From an uncultured Gammaproteobacteria bacterium (GTDB taxonomy: Bacteria; Patescibacteriota; Microgenomatia; UBA1406; GWC2-37-13): a DNA stretch of 64,000 nt. Positions 19,878-28,506 of the stretch are shown piece after piece. Made by a program: the position numbers and the translations under genes. Positions within the stretch are counted from its first letter, which is position 1; each line of letters opens with the position of its first letter. The notes under the pieces were generated by a model. The model was not told where the DNA came from. It searched no databases and saw nothing but the letters and a program-made list of their open reading frames with translations. The stretch is from NCBI GenBank assembly GCA_964387955.1, contig CAYLXX010000001.1, positions 11,993 through 75,992 on the forward strand. Reading direction: 5' to 3'.

Positions 19878-20751
19878 ATGTTTGAATTAGATACAGGTTT
19901 TTGGTTGTTCTACCGACCAAAATCGCTATCCTTGCCTTTAATTGTAGCATAAATTTCAGGATAACAAAAGCAAGCGGACTATAGTGTTTTTTATAAAAAA
20001 ATAGGAGCCCTTTATACACTTGGAGGATAGGGTAGGTGCGATTACTTGAGGCTGCTCCCAAGTGGATAAAATGAGCTTCAGGATAGAAATATGTGCGTAA
20101 ATGCTGTTTGTGAGCTCGATAGAGAAGGTCAACCTCCTCCATATACATGAAAATATCAGTGTCAAAGCCTCCAAGGGCCTCAAAATGGCTTTTTTTGGTC
20201 AAAATACAGGCGCCTGAGACCCATTCGGCAGGAGTAGCTGTATCTGGCGAATTGCGTGTCCAGCCTCGTTTATCACCTTGAAGGAAGATAAATGCCAACA
20301 CTACCGGTAGTGTAAAAAAGAGGCCTCTTGAGGCTTGAGGGGTCATGTCTTTGTTATACAGCTTGCCTCCAACAAAATGGATGGTTGTTTCATGCTCCCT
20401 GTAGTAGGTTAGAAGTTTGTCGATGGCGTCATCGAGCACAACTATATCGGTGTTTAACAGGAGAATATACCCACCTTTGGCGAGTTTGACTGCCTCATTA
20501 TTGCCTTTGCCAAACCCGATATTGTGCCTATTTTCTACCAGATGAATCTGGGTGTATTTTTTGGCAAGCTCAGTGATCGCCTTCTGCGTGCCGTCGGAGG
20601 AGGCATTGTCAAAGACTATAATCTCGTACGGCACCGAAATACGGGATTTGACGATTGACTGCAGACAATCGAGCGTGATCGTGCGTGTATTGAAAGATAT
20701 AATAATGATCGATAAAACAGGTTGCGACATATTTGAATCAGGTACCTTCAT
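19843..20751 (-). CDS. glycosyltransferase family 2
   Basis: LSIIIISFNT, FDNASSDGT and a DxD-like region, a GT-A fold. 302 aa. Confidence 0.8.
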   Translation of the reverse strand: MKVPDSNMSQPVLSIIIISFNTRTITLDCLQSIVKSRISVPYEIIVFDNASSDGTQKAITELAKKYTQIHLVENRHNIGFGKGNNEAVKLAKGGYILLLNTDIVVLDDAIDKLLTYYREHETTIHFVGGKLYNKDMTPQASRGLFFTLPVVLAFIFLQGDKRGWTRNSPDTATPAEWVSGACILTKKSHFEALGGFDTDIFMYMEEVDLLYRAHKQHLRTYFYPEAHFIHLGAASSNRTYPILQVYKGLLFFYKKHYSPLAFVILKFMLQLKARIAILVGRTTKNLYLIQTYEEAYKVATLA

Positions 20752-20760
20752 CTATTATAA
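20732..20760 (+). promoter_or_regulatory. sigma70-like promoter for tRNA-Met
   Basis: TTGAAT (20732..20737), 17-nt spacer, TATAAT (20755..20760). The tRNA starts at 20778. The promoter lies inside the 5-prime end of the opposite-strand GT2 gene. Confidence 0.5.
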
Positions 20761-20777
20761 TAAAAGGAGAAAAAATA

Positions 20778-20852
20778 GCCATCGTAGCTCACCGGCAGAG
20801 CAGGCGTTTCATAAGCGCTTGGTAGACAGTTCGATTCTGTCCGATGGCACCA
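20778..20852 (+). tRNA. tRNA with CAU anticodon (elongator Met, or Ile2 if lysidine-modified), encoded CCA
   Basis: Hand-folded cloverleaf. Acceptor GCCATCG/CGATGGC, D stem GCTC/GAGC, anticodon stem GGCGT/GCGCT with loop TTCATAA, T arm GACAG-TTCGATT-CTGTC, discriminator A, CCA at 20850..20852. Confidence 0.85.
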
Positions 20853-21552
20853 GTAATCTGCGATTTCTAAAATAGACTATATTCTCGCGTAACATTCTGA
20901 AGAGATGAGTCGGCCGAAAAAATCTCGATGTTCCTATAATTCGCTTATAGTGATGTACAGGTACTTCTTTGAATAATGCATGTTGAGATGCAAGTTTTTC
21001 AACTAATTCCAGACAAATAGTGCCAGATAATGATCGGAGAGAAATTTGTTTAATTTTGGCTGCACGAATTAACCTAAAGTCACAATCGACGTCACGAATT
21101 GGTAAATGATATAGTCGATGCACAAACCAGTTATATATCGCCCCGATGAATTTGCGTACCAATCCGTCGGATCTACCAATTTTGTAACCGTTTACGACAT
21201 CGACTTTGCCAGAGATTTTTTTTACCAACTGGATAATTTCTGTCATATCATACTGCCCATCGCTGTCTGTATAGAAAATCCATGCATAGCTACAATTCCT
21301 AAAACCTGTTTGCAAAGCTCCGCCGTAGCCTCTGTTTTTGGGGTGAGTGATAACTCTGAGACGAGAATATTGATTTTTTAAAAGTGCGAGAATAGCAGCC
21401 GTTTTTTTATCAGATCCATCATCTACCAAAATGACTTCAAACTGTTTGGCAACTGTGGGCAAAATTGCATACGTTTTGGCAACAATATAGGGGATAATTT
21501 CGCCGTCGTTATAAACCGGGAAAAAAACCGACAAACTTGGTAATTTTTTCAT
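20809..21552 (-). CDS. glycosyltransferase family 2, polyprenol-phosphate sugar synthase-like (DPM1/GtrB-like)
   Basis: SVFFPVYNDGE, LVDDGSDKKT and YTDSDGQ motifs. The last 44 nt overlap the tRNA on the opposite strand. Confidence 0.75.
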   Translation of the reverse strand: MKKLPSLSVFFPVYNDGEIIPYIVAKTYAILPTVAKQFEVILVDDGSDKKTAAILALLKNQYSRLRVITHPKNRGYGGALQTGFRNCSYAWIFYTDSDGQYDMTEIIQLVKKISGKVDVVNGYKIGRSDGLVRKFIGAIYNWFVHRLYHLPIRDVDCDFRLIRAAKIKQISLRSLSGTICLELVEKLASQHALFKEVPVHHYKRIIGTSRFFRPTHLFRMLRENIVYFRNRRLLVPSDRIELSTKRL

Positions 21553-21555
21553 ATA

Positions 21556-22713
21556 TTAACTGACAAAATAACCGCGGGTAAACAGGGTAATGACAAAAAA
21601 CATAAGCAATATTGACACGATAAAATAGGCTATTTTACCAAGTAAGGGTTTGTTTGACAAAAATAGAGCAACTGTAAGAAAAAAGGGATAGACATGGAGT
21701 CCATACCGCGGCATACCCTGAAATGTACCCGTGAGTGAAGGGATAATAATCGACAACAGAAAAAATACCCAATACGAAGAACGAATTTTTTTAAACGACC
21801 AAACCAGAAAAAATGTGTACATTTCCACCATAAACGCTTCTAGGAATGCGACCCAATAAAAAAGATTAAAATGCGGGTGAAGAACAAGGATTTTGAAATA
21901 GCGCCACACTACTTGGAGAGGAAACGTGACTTTATCCTGGTGCCAAATTTTCATGTTGCTGAAAACTTGATTCCAATCACCAAACGCTAGATTGGTATAA
22001 ATTAAGTAACCTACGAAAGTTAGAGGAATAAGAACAACCCAGAATATTTGTGACCAGAATATTTTCTGAGGAGAAATTTTGTGTTTGATAACTGTTATTG
22101 TTGAGACAGCGAAAATTTGGCGGGTGGTTTTTTTATCAAATATATATTCAAAGATTAAAAAAAACATGAGAGCGAGTCCGTTGAGGCGAGTAAGCGTGGC
22201 CAGCGCTCCAAACAAACTGGCAAAAAAATAATTTTTCTTACGGCCAAAATAAAGACACAACGTAGCAAACAAGAAAAAAGTACTGTCGTTGTAAGCTGCG
22301 CCATAAAACATCGACGTAGGAAAAAGAATGACAATTAAAAAGAGAAGTCCAGTCAATTTTGGCACTACATCGACTTTAAGCAGTTTAATAATCACCGCCA
22401 GCGTCGTCAAAAATGCCGCATTAGAAACTAATTGTGCATCAACAACAATAGGATACGAAGTATATGGATCAAGCCAGCGTATAAGAAGCGGGTAGAGAGG
22501 AAAAAAAGCGTTTTCGAGCGAGTGATATGTACCTTGTGCGATTGACATGTAAATCATGCCGTCAAAATTACCAAAAATCCAGAGTAGATACGGAAAATGC
22601 AGGCCAAAATGAGTGATGGGAGTAAATGCTTCTTGAAGAGGGAGAAGTGGAACTGCCAGAAGCGCAAACAGGATGACAAGAATTTTCCAGGCAATAAAAA
22701 AAGCGACTACCAT
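21556..22713 (-). CDS. PIG-V-like integral membrane mannosyltransferase family protein
   Basis: 385 aa and polytopic. FGNFDGMIYMSIAQGTY...NAFFPLYPLLIRW resembles the PIG-V family signature. Confidence 0.6.
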   Translation of the reverse strand: MVVAFFIAWKILVILFALLAVPLLPLQEAFTPITHFGLHFPYLLWIFGNFDGMIYMSIAQGTYHSLENAFFPLYPLLIRWLDPYTSYPIVVDAQLVSNAAFLTTLAVIIKLLKVDVVPKLTGLLFLIVILFPTSMFYGAAYNDSTFFLFATLCLYFGRKKNYFFASLFGALATLTRLNGLALMFFLIFEYIFDKKTTRQIFAVSTITVIKHKISPQKIFWSQIFWVVLIPLTFVGYLIYTNLAFGDWNQVFSNMKIWHQDKVTFPLQVVWRYFKILVLHPHFNLFYWVAFLEAFMVEMYTFFLVWSFKKIRSSYWVFFLLSIIIPSLTGTFQGMPRYGLHVYPFFLTVALFLSNKPLLGKIAYFIVSILLMFFVITLFTRGYFVS

Positions 22714-23277
22714 CTAGTCTTTAAGAGGCGTCCAGAATTCGATACCGATTGAATTCCAGGGAATTCGTTGTTCATCTGGATTATGGGCATTAAAGGTCTC
22801 GTTGACAAAGTAAAATAACTCAATTGGCTTATTGGTGAAATTGGCTGAGCCGTGGGCAACACCTTTGGGAATATACAAAAAATGCGATGCTGTCCCGCCC
22901 AGATTGATTCTCATAGTTTGATTGAAGGTTTTGGAAGCTTTTCTCACGTCCCACAATCCAACAAACAAATGTGAGTGAGGCGGTACGTACCATATCTCAT
23001 CTTGTTTAAAATGTATATGCCAGGCTTTAATCGATCCGGCAAAAACGCGGGTTCTGTTGATTTGTGCTATTTTGAAGCCTGGGATGGAGTCAAGTTCCCC
23101 ATTTTCCTTGAAGCGCATAATTTCTGAGAAATCACCTTCATCACCGACGTAGTTTTTAAGGGTAACAATTTTAACATCTTCGATAATTGGTTTAGAAGAA
23201 TAATCTTGCGTGTAGATTTTGGGTTGAACGCTCTCATCAATATCCTCAAGCGATAAGTGTTTAGCCATATGGGACAA
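22714..23277 (-). CDS. dTDP-4-dehydrorhamnose 3,5-epimerase-like cupin (RmlC family)
   Basis: 187 aa. GDFSEIMRF, KAWHIHFKQDEIWYV and PKGVAHG match the RmlC cupin core. Confidence 0.7.
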   Translation of the reverse strand: MSHMAKHLSLEDIDESVQPKIYTQDYSSKPIIEDVKIVTLKNYVGDEGDFSEIMRFKENGELDSIPGFKIAQINRTRVFAGSIKAWHIHFKQDEIWYVPPHSHLFVGLWDVRKASKTFNQTMRINLGGTASHFLYIPKGVAHGSANFTNKPIELFYFVNETFNAHNPDEQRIPWNSIGIEFWTPLKD

Positions 23278-23306
23278 TTTTATGATACCTTAGAGTCGTT
23301 GTCAAA

Positions 23307-25523
23307 CTAATGTTCATCATGAGTACAGTCGACACAGTAGACTGCGCCCATTTTATCCTTCATAACTGTTTTTTCTTTCATTTCCATAGACGGATCGTCG
23401 GGTTTGGTCATTTTTCCGGTGTCGCGACTAACTGGAATGGTTTCTTTACTGACTGTAACCGTTTGAACATTTTCTGTGCCTTTTATCAAGTACTCAAAAC
23501 GCGTTGGACAATTGGCTGTGCCATCGGGATTTTTACCGGCAGGCATACCGGTGTCGGTACAAACTTGCATACCGACAACGCCTTCGGGTTTAATTGGCCA
23601 TAGGTCTGGCTGGTTTTTAAGTATATATTTCATTGTTCTGTGCCAGATTGGAGCAGCGCCGGTAACACCTGAAGTGAGGTACGGGTTCATCGGACTATTG
23701 TCATTGTTCCCAACCCAGACTGCTGTTAAAAAATTGGGAGTGTACCCGATTGTCCAGTTATCTTTTTTATCATCGGTTGTACCGGTTTTCACGGAGACTG
23801 CTTTACCTGGTATGACAAGAAATGAGCCATCTCCAAAAGCAGCAGTGCGGGCATTATTGTCAAGCAGAATATGAGAGATCAGGTATGCTGTTTCTTGAGA
23901 GATAACAGGTTTGCCGCTGATCCCTAAAAAGTTAGGGCTTTTCAATGGTTGCCGGATATCTTTGATATAGTTGGGGTCTTTAAATTCATACAATACTTTG
24001 CCAGTTTTATCCTGGACTTTGAGGATCTCAACCACCGGCTTGGGAATACCTCGATTGGGGAACATTGAATATGCTTGAGCAAATTCTGTCATACGTACTT
24101 CTCCACCTCCAAGCGTAAGAGAAAGACCATAATTTTGCGGATCAGTAAACGTCTTGATACCGGCAGCCGATGCCGAAGCAATAAACTCGGGGACCCCATT
24201 CATCTGGAGCATTTTGACTGCAGGAATATTGTACGAATTACCTAGTGCAAACCTGAGTTGAACTGGACCATGGAATTTACCGTCATAATTGACCGGGCAA
24301 TACGATTGCGGCCCGCCCTTGAAACAAGTTGGCGCATCAAGAAAAACCGATGCCGGAGTAACCAGTTTGCGATCGATACCAACAGCATAGTTTATGGGTT
24401 TGATCGAGCTTCCTGGTTGTCTGAGTGCTGTTGTAACATTAAAGGCCCCTGAGGGTGTCGCAAAATAGTCAACTGATCCAACCATCGATAAAATCTCACC
24501 AGTTGATGGGCGAGTGACTAATATGGCACCATTGGATACTTTGAGATTTTTGACTTTATCTAGTTCTTCACGCAGAATTTTTTCGGCTGCTTGCTGAGTA
24601 TCTAAGTCAAGAGTAGTTGTAACTTTTAAGCCGCCTTCTTCGACAACCTGAGCTCCGTATTGTTCTTCAAGTTTACGTTTGACATAAAATACAAAGTGAG
24701 GCGCTTTGATATCGGCAGATAAAGTGGCAATTTGCAGTTTATCGTTGATAGCTTTTTCATAGGTTGCTTGATCAATGTACTTTTGATCATGCATTGCCTT
24801 TAGAACATTATTACGCCGTCTGATTGCTAGATCAGGATTGTCATAGGGAGAATACAATGTCGGCGCTTGAGGCAAGCCTGCCAGAAGCGCTGCTTGACTC
24901 AATTTAAGTTTATTGGCCGGTTGGTTAAAGTACGCATTAGCCGCGGCTTCGATGCCATAGTTAGCCCCGCCATATGGTACTTGATTAAGGTATAACTCAA
25001 GAATTTGATCTTTGGTGAAAACTTGTTCGGTCCAGATGGCCAGTATAATCTCGCGGATCTTGCGCCTGACAGTTCGTTCAGGCGAAAGAAGGGCAGACTT
25101 GACCAGCTGTTGCGTAATGGTCGATCCGCCTTGGAGACCTCGTCTCAGAATCATATCTTTGACTGCTCGAGCAATGCCGCCGACTACAGATATGCCTCCA
25201 TGGCGGTAAAAATCCTTATCTTCGATCGATATAGTCGCCTCTTTCACATACGGCGGTAAATCGTTGATATTGATAGCGGTCCGATTTTCTTCTTTAAAAA
25301 CATCATAGAGCAGTTTGCCGTTCCTGTCGTAAATGTGAGTTGATAAAGGAATGGTATTGTAATTCTTTAGAGTGTAAGGAGAAGGAAGTTTATAAAAAAT
25401 CGCAAAATATATAAAAATTAAGGCGACGGCTCCTAAGCCTGCCAGAACTTGTGTTTTTCGAGCATTATGCTTAAAAAAGTGTTTAATTTGTGGCAATTTG
25501 GGGATTTTAAGATGATATTTCAT
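23307..25523 (-). CDS. class A penicillin-binding protein (transglycosylase/transpeptidase)
   Basis: GT51 motifs EDKDFYRHGG and GGSTITQQL. Transpeptidase motifs SSIK (SxxK), SYN and KTGTT. N-terminal TM anchor. Confidence 0.9.
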   Translation of the reverse strand: MKYHLKIPKLPQIKHFFKHNARKTQVLAGLGAVALIFIYFAIFYKLPSPYTLKNYNTIPLSTHIYDRNGKLLYDVFKEENRTAININDLPPYVKEATISIEDKDFYRHGGISVVGGIARAVKDMILRRGLQGGSTITQQLVKSALLSPERTVRRKIREIILAIWTEQVFTKDQILELYLNQVPYGGANYGIEAAANAYFNQPANKLKLSQAALLAGLPQAPTLYSPYDNPDLAIRRRNNVLKAMHDQKYIDQATYEKAINDKLQIATLSADIKAPHFVFYVKRKLEEQYGAQVVEEGGLKVTTTLDLDTQQAAEKILREELDKVKNLKVSNGAILVTRPSTGEILSMVGSVDYFATPSGAFNVTTALRQPGSSIKPINYAVGIDRKLVTPASVFLDAPTCFKGGPQSYCPVNYDGKFHGPVQLRFALGNSYNIPAVKMLQMNGVPEFIASASAAGIKTFTDPQNYGLSLTLGGGEVRMTEFAQAYSMFPNRGIPKPVVEILKVQDKTGKVLYEFKDPNYIKDIRQPLKSPNFLGISGKPVISQETAYLISHILLDNNARTAAFGDGSFLVIPGKAVSVKTGTTDDKKDNWTIGYTPNFLTAVWVGNNDNSPMNPYLTSGVTGAAPIWHRTMKYILKNQPDLWPIKPEGVVGMQVCTDTGMPAGKNPDGTANCPTRFEYLIKGTENVQTVTVSKETIPVSRDTGKMTKPDDPSMEMKEKTVMKDKMGAVYCVDCTHDEH

Positions 25524-26944
25524 GGTTTGGGGAATAATACTGCCGCTTTGGAAATTTTACCTTTGGTCGAGGCAATAATTTTGGCCGAAGTTTGCGGGAG
25601 GAATGGTTCTAGGTGATAAGCCGCAATGCGAATCTTTATGATTGTTGCAATAAGAAAATCTTTTCTTTCATCAGGTGTTTTTTTCCACGGCACAAATTCG
25701 TCGATCTCTCGATTGAGGCGCTTCAAGTGATACCAGACACGTTCCACTGCTTTGTTAAGTTCATAACTTTCGAAAAGTTTCACAAATTCTGGTTCTAATG
25801 TAATTTTTTTGTCATCGTTGATAACAATTCCGTCTTTTTCGGCAATAGTCGTGATACGGACAACGAGGTTGCCTAGTTCGTTGGCAAGCTCGGAGTTGTA
25901 AATCTCAAGCATACGGGTATCGGAGAAATCACCGTCATCAAACGGAGAGATTTCGCGAAGTAGGTAATAACGCACTGCATCTACGCCCCATTGTTTAACA
26001 AGAGCAAAAGGATCGATGACATTGCCTAACGTTTTGGACATTTTTTGACCATTGGCAGTTATATATCCATGCACAAAGAGCGCTTTTGGTAATTCGAGGC
26101 TGGCGGATATGAGGAAAGCCGGCCAGTACACTGCATGAAAGCGGATGATACCTTTGCCGATGGCATGCATATCCGCCGGCCACCATTTCTTGTATTGTGC
26201 CTCATCCCAGCCATAGCCTACGCCTGATTGGTAGATATTTAAGGCGTCAAACCAGACATACATACGCTGGGTATCATCACCTGGTACTGGTACACCCCAA
26301 TTTTTGGCCCGCTCGTTGGTGCGCGAAATACTTATGTCGTGCAGTGGTTGCTTGAGAAACCCCAAAACTTCATTCTTGCGAGATTCGGGATAAATTTTTA
26401 AAGTATCAGTAGAAATCAATTCAACGATATGTTTATGATATTTTGAAAGTTTAAAAAAATAATTCGTTTCTTTGACTTTTTCCAGTTTTTTACCTGGATG
26501 CTCAAAACATTCGCCTTTCTCGTTTAATTCATCTGGAGTATAAAATGCCTCACAGCCGACACAGTAGAGTCCTTCGTACTCTTTTTTATATATATCACCG
26601 TGTTTGGCACATAATTCCCAAAGTTTTTGACTCGATGGAAAATGCTGTTTTTGGTTGCTGCCTTTTTGGAAGATATCAAATTTGATATCGAGTGTTTTAG
26701 CTAATTCCTCAAATTTTGTAGCGTACTGATCGACAAATTCCTGCACTGGCACATGCGCCTCTTCAGCGGCGTGAACATTTTTGAGGGCATTTTCGTCGGC
26801 ACCCGACAATAAGCGCACTTCCTTGCCTTGCAATTTCTCAAACCGAGCGATGGCATCGGCTTGAACAAACTCAAGCGCGTGGCCGATATGGGGGGCGGCG
26901 TTAACGTACGGAATGGCGGTGGTGATATAAAATTTTTTATTCAT
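25520..26944 (-). CDS. metG: methionyl-tRNA synthetase (short form)
   Basis: HIGH motif PHIGHALE, KMSKT motif, Cys knuckle CVGCEAF. I chose the ATG at 26944 (MNKKFYITT). Confidence 0.9.
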   Translation of the reverse strand: MNKKFYITTAIPYVNAAPHIGHALEFVQADAIARFEKLQGKEVRLLSGADENALKNVHAAEEAHVPVQEFVDQYATKFEELAKTLDIKFDIFQKGSNQKQHFPSSQKLWELCAKHGDIYKKEYEGLYCVGCEAFYTPDELNEKGECFEHPGKKLEKVKETNYFFKLSKYHKHIVELISTDTLKIYPESRKNEVLGFLKQPLHDISISRTNERAKNWGVPVPGDDTQRMYVWFDALNIYQSGVGYGWDEAQYKKWWPADMHAIGKGIIRFHAVYWPAFLISASLELPKALFVHGYITANGQKMSKTLGNVIDPFALVKQWGVDAVRYYLLREISPFDDGDFSDTRMLEIYNSELANELGNLVVRITTIAEKDGIVINDDKKITLEPEFVKLFESYELNKAVERVWYHLKRLNREIDEFVPWKKTPDERKDFLIATIIKIRIAAYHLEPFLPQTSAKIIASTKGKISKAAVLFPKP

Positions 26945-27242
26945 GGGAGTGATTTTTTTTAAGTAAAAATGCAATTCCAATTATAACCGATAGGAGGAGC
27001 GCTGTGTTTAGTATCTGAAGACCCACTAAATAGTTAATAGTAAGAAAGGTAAAAACACTGCAAAAACCCAATAGACTATATTTAAAAGGAAATAATAACT
27101 GGATTAAAAAAAACGCGGCCAATGAGACAGCAGAGATCAATCCAAAAACTACCAAGTCGTTAGTCGGCGGTACGACCAGAATGACACAAATCGACGCCGC
27201 GATACAGCCCAATCCAGCGGCTCCTAAGATAATTTTTTTCAT
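26937..27242 (-). CDS. small membrane protein, hypothetical
   Basis: 101 aa with three predicted hydrophobic helices. Confidence 0.5.
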   Translation of the reverse strand: MKKIILGAAGLGCIAASICVILVVPPTNDLVVFGLISAVSLAAFFLIQLLFPFKYSLLGFCSVFTFLTINYLVGLQILNTALLLSVIIGIAFLLKKNHSHE

Positions 27243-27245
27243 GCG

Positions 27246-27551
27246 TTATAGATCTATTTTTTTATGGATTTTATCGACTCGAAGCAGTTTGACTATCGCG
27301 TAGATTACTATAGCTACAATCAGGAAATCTATTAAAACACTTAAAAAATGGCCATAGAGCACTTTTGCCTTACCAATCGGAAAATATTCTTTCTCAAGGC
27401 CTTTGGTTCTTCCTAATACGAAACTCAACAGAGGGTAGATGATATCTGTGACCAGTGAGGTAACGACCTTGGAAATAGATGTACCTAATATGAACCCTAC
27501 TGCTAGGCCAATTACTCCTTGTTCGCGAATGAAGTTATAAAACCCTTTCAT
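27246..27551 (-). CDS. mscL: large-conductance mechanosensitive channel MscL
   Basis: FIREQGVIGLAVGFILG N-terminal signature and two TM helices. 101 aa, so shorter than typical. Confidence 0.8.
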   Translation of the reverse strand: MKGFYNFIREQGVIGLAVGFILGTSISKVVTSLVTDIIYPLLSFVLGRTKGLEKEYFPIGKAKVLYGHFLSVLIDFLIVAIVIYAIVKLLRVDKIHKKIDL

Positions 27552-27626
27552 ATAAGGTTATTATACAAAAAAATAGCAGGAACCGGTACTAGATATTATA
27601 GGTCTTATATGTTATAATCTTCCTCA

Positions 27627-28064
27627 ATGAATGAATTTGATAAGGTTTCAGATCCGCATCTAATCTATCAAGAGAATCTTCTTAAAGTACTCCGTGTAGA
27701 GTTGCCACAAATTAGTGACCCAGCAGGAGTAGCTAATCTGATGTATGAGGTAAGTCAGTTTGCAGGGAAGGAAGGAACGCAGGCCTTCAATCACATTAGA
27801 TTATCAATACGTAATACTTATTATCATGATGGGAACTGTAATGAAGATAGGCAAGAATTGCAAGATAAAATAGATCAAAGCTTACTTGACGACCCAAAAA
27901 AGCAATATTACACCATGCGTGAAATCTGGTTGGCATGTATTCAGCGTATGGAAGTGCTTTTCGGAGGCGATCCCGACGCCGAAATTTTAACTTTCAATTT
28001 TATTAATGGCAAATTTTATGAGCATCTTTTGGAATCCAATTTACTCCCTGAAGATAGAGGTTAA
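27627..28064 (+). CDS. hypothetical protein
   Basis: 145-aa ORF. An extended -10 (TGtTATAAT, 27610..27618) lies 8 nt upstream of the ATG. No motif recognised. Confidence 0.5.
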   Translation: MNEFDKVSDPHLIYQENLLKVLRVELPQISDPAGVANLMYEVSQFAGKEGTQAFNHIRLSIRNTYYHDGNCNEDRQELQDKIDQSLLDDPKKQYYTMREIWLACIQRMEVLFGGDPDAEILTFNFINGKFYEHLLESNLLPEDRG

Positions 28065-28074
28065 TAATCTATTC

Positions 28075-28103
28075 TTGCATCTTTTTGAGCTATCCTTTAT
28101 AAT
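28075..28103 (+). promoter_or_regulatory. sigma70-like promoter for rpsO
   Basis: TTGCAT (28075..28080), 17-nt spacer, TATAAT (28098..28103), then 11 nt to the ATG at 28115. Confidence 0.55.
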
Positions 28104-28114
28104 TTCCCTTATAT

Positions 28115-28396
28115 ATGGCAACAGCAAGCACAGCATTACCAGATGATAAGCAGAAACTTATGGACATGTTCGCCCAGAAAAAAGGCGATACAGGCTCACC
28201 TGAAGTTCAGGTAGCCCTTCTTACTCATAAAATCATGAAGCTCACTGGACATCTTGGTGAGAACAAAAAAGACAATCATTCACGCCGCGGTTTATTAAAA
28301 GTTATTGCCAAAAGGCGCCGCATCATCAACTATCTGCAGAAGCTTGACGAAAAACGTTACAAAGAACTTCTGGGTAAGTTGGACCTTAAAAAATAA
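28115..28396 (+). CDS. rpsO: 30S ribosomal protein S15
   Basis: GDTGSPEVQVALLT, HSRRGLL and a KRRRIINYL pattern. Confidence 0.9.
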   Translation: MATASTALPDDKQKLMDMFAQKKGDTGSPEVQVALLTHKIMKLTGHLGENKKDNHSRRGLLKVIAKRRRIINYLQKLDEKRYKELLGKLDLKK

Positions 28397-28506
28397 TAAT
28401 TTCGAGAGTTTGGAAATAGGTATATCTAGAGAGATTAGAGAGTTATCCGTTATAACTAGCTGATTCCTCTAAATAACCCCCGCCGACTCTCCTCAATACA
28501 AATAGT

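Noticed and set aside
20778-20852. Initiator tRNA-fMet identity for the CAU tRNA
   Set aside because: Positions 1-72 are a G-C pair, not the bacterial initiator C-A mismatch. The anticodon stem (GGCGT/GCGCT) lacks the three consecutive G-C pairs.
20552-20875. 107-aa plus-strand ORF running through the tRNA
   Set aside because: It reads straight across a well-folded tRNA gene and the antisense of a GT2 gene, and has no coding features.
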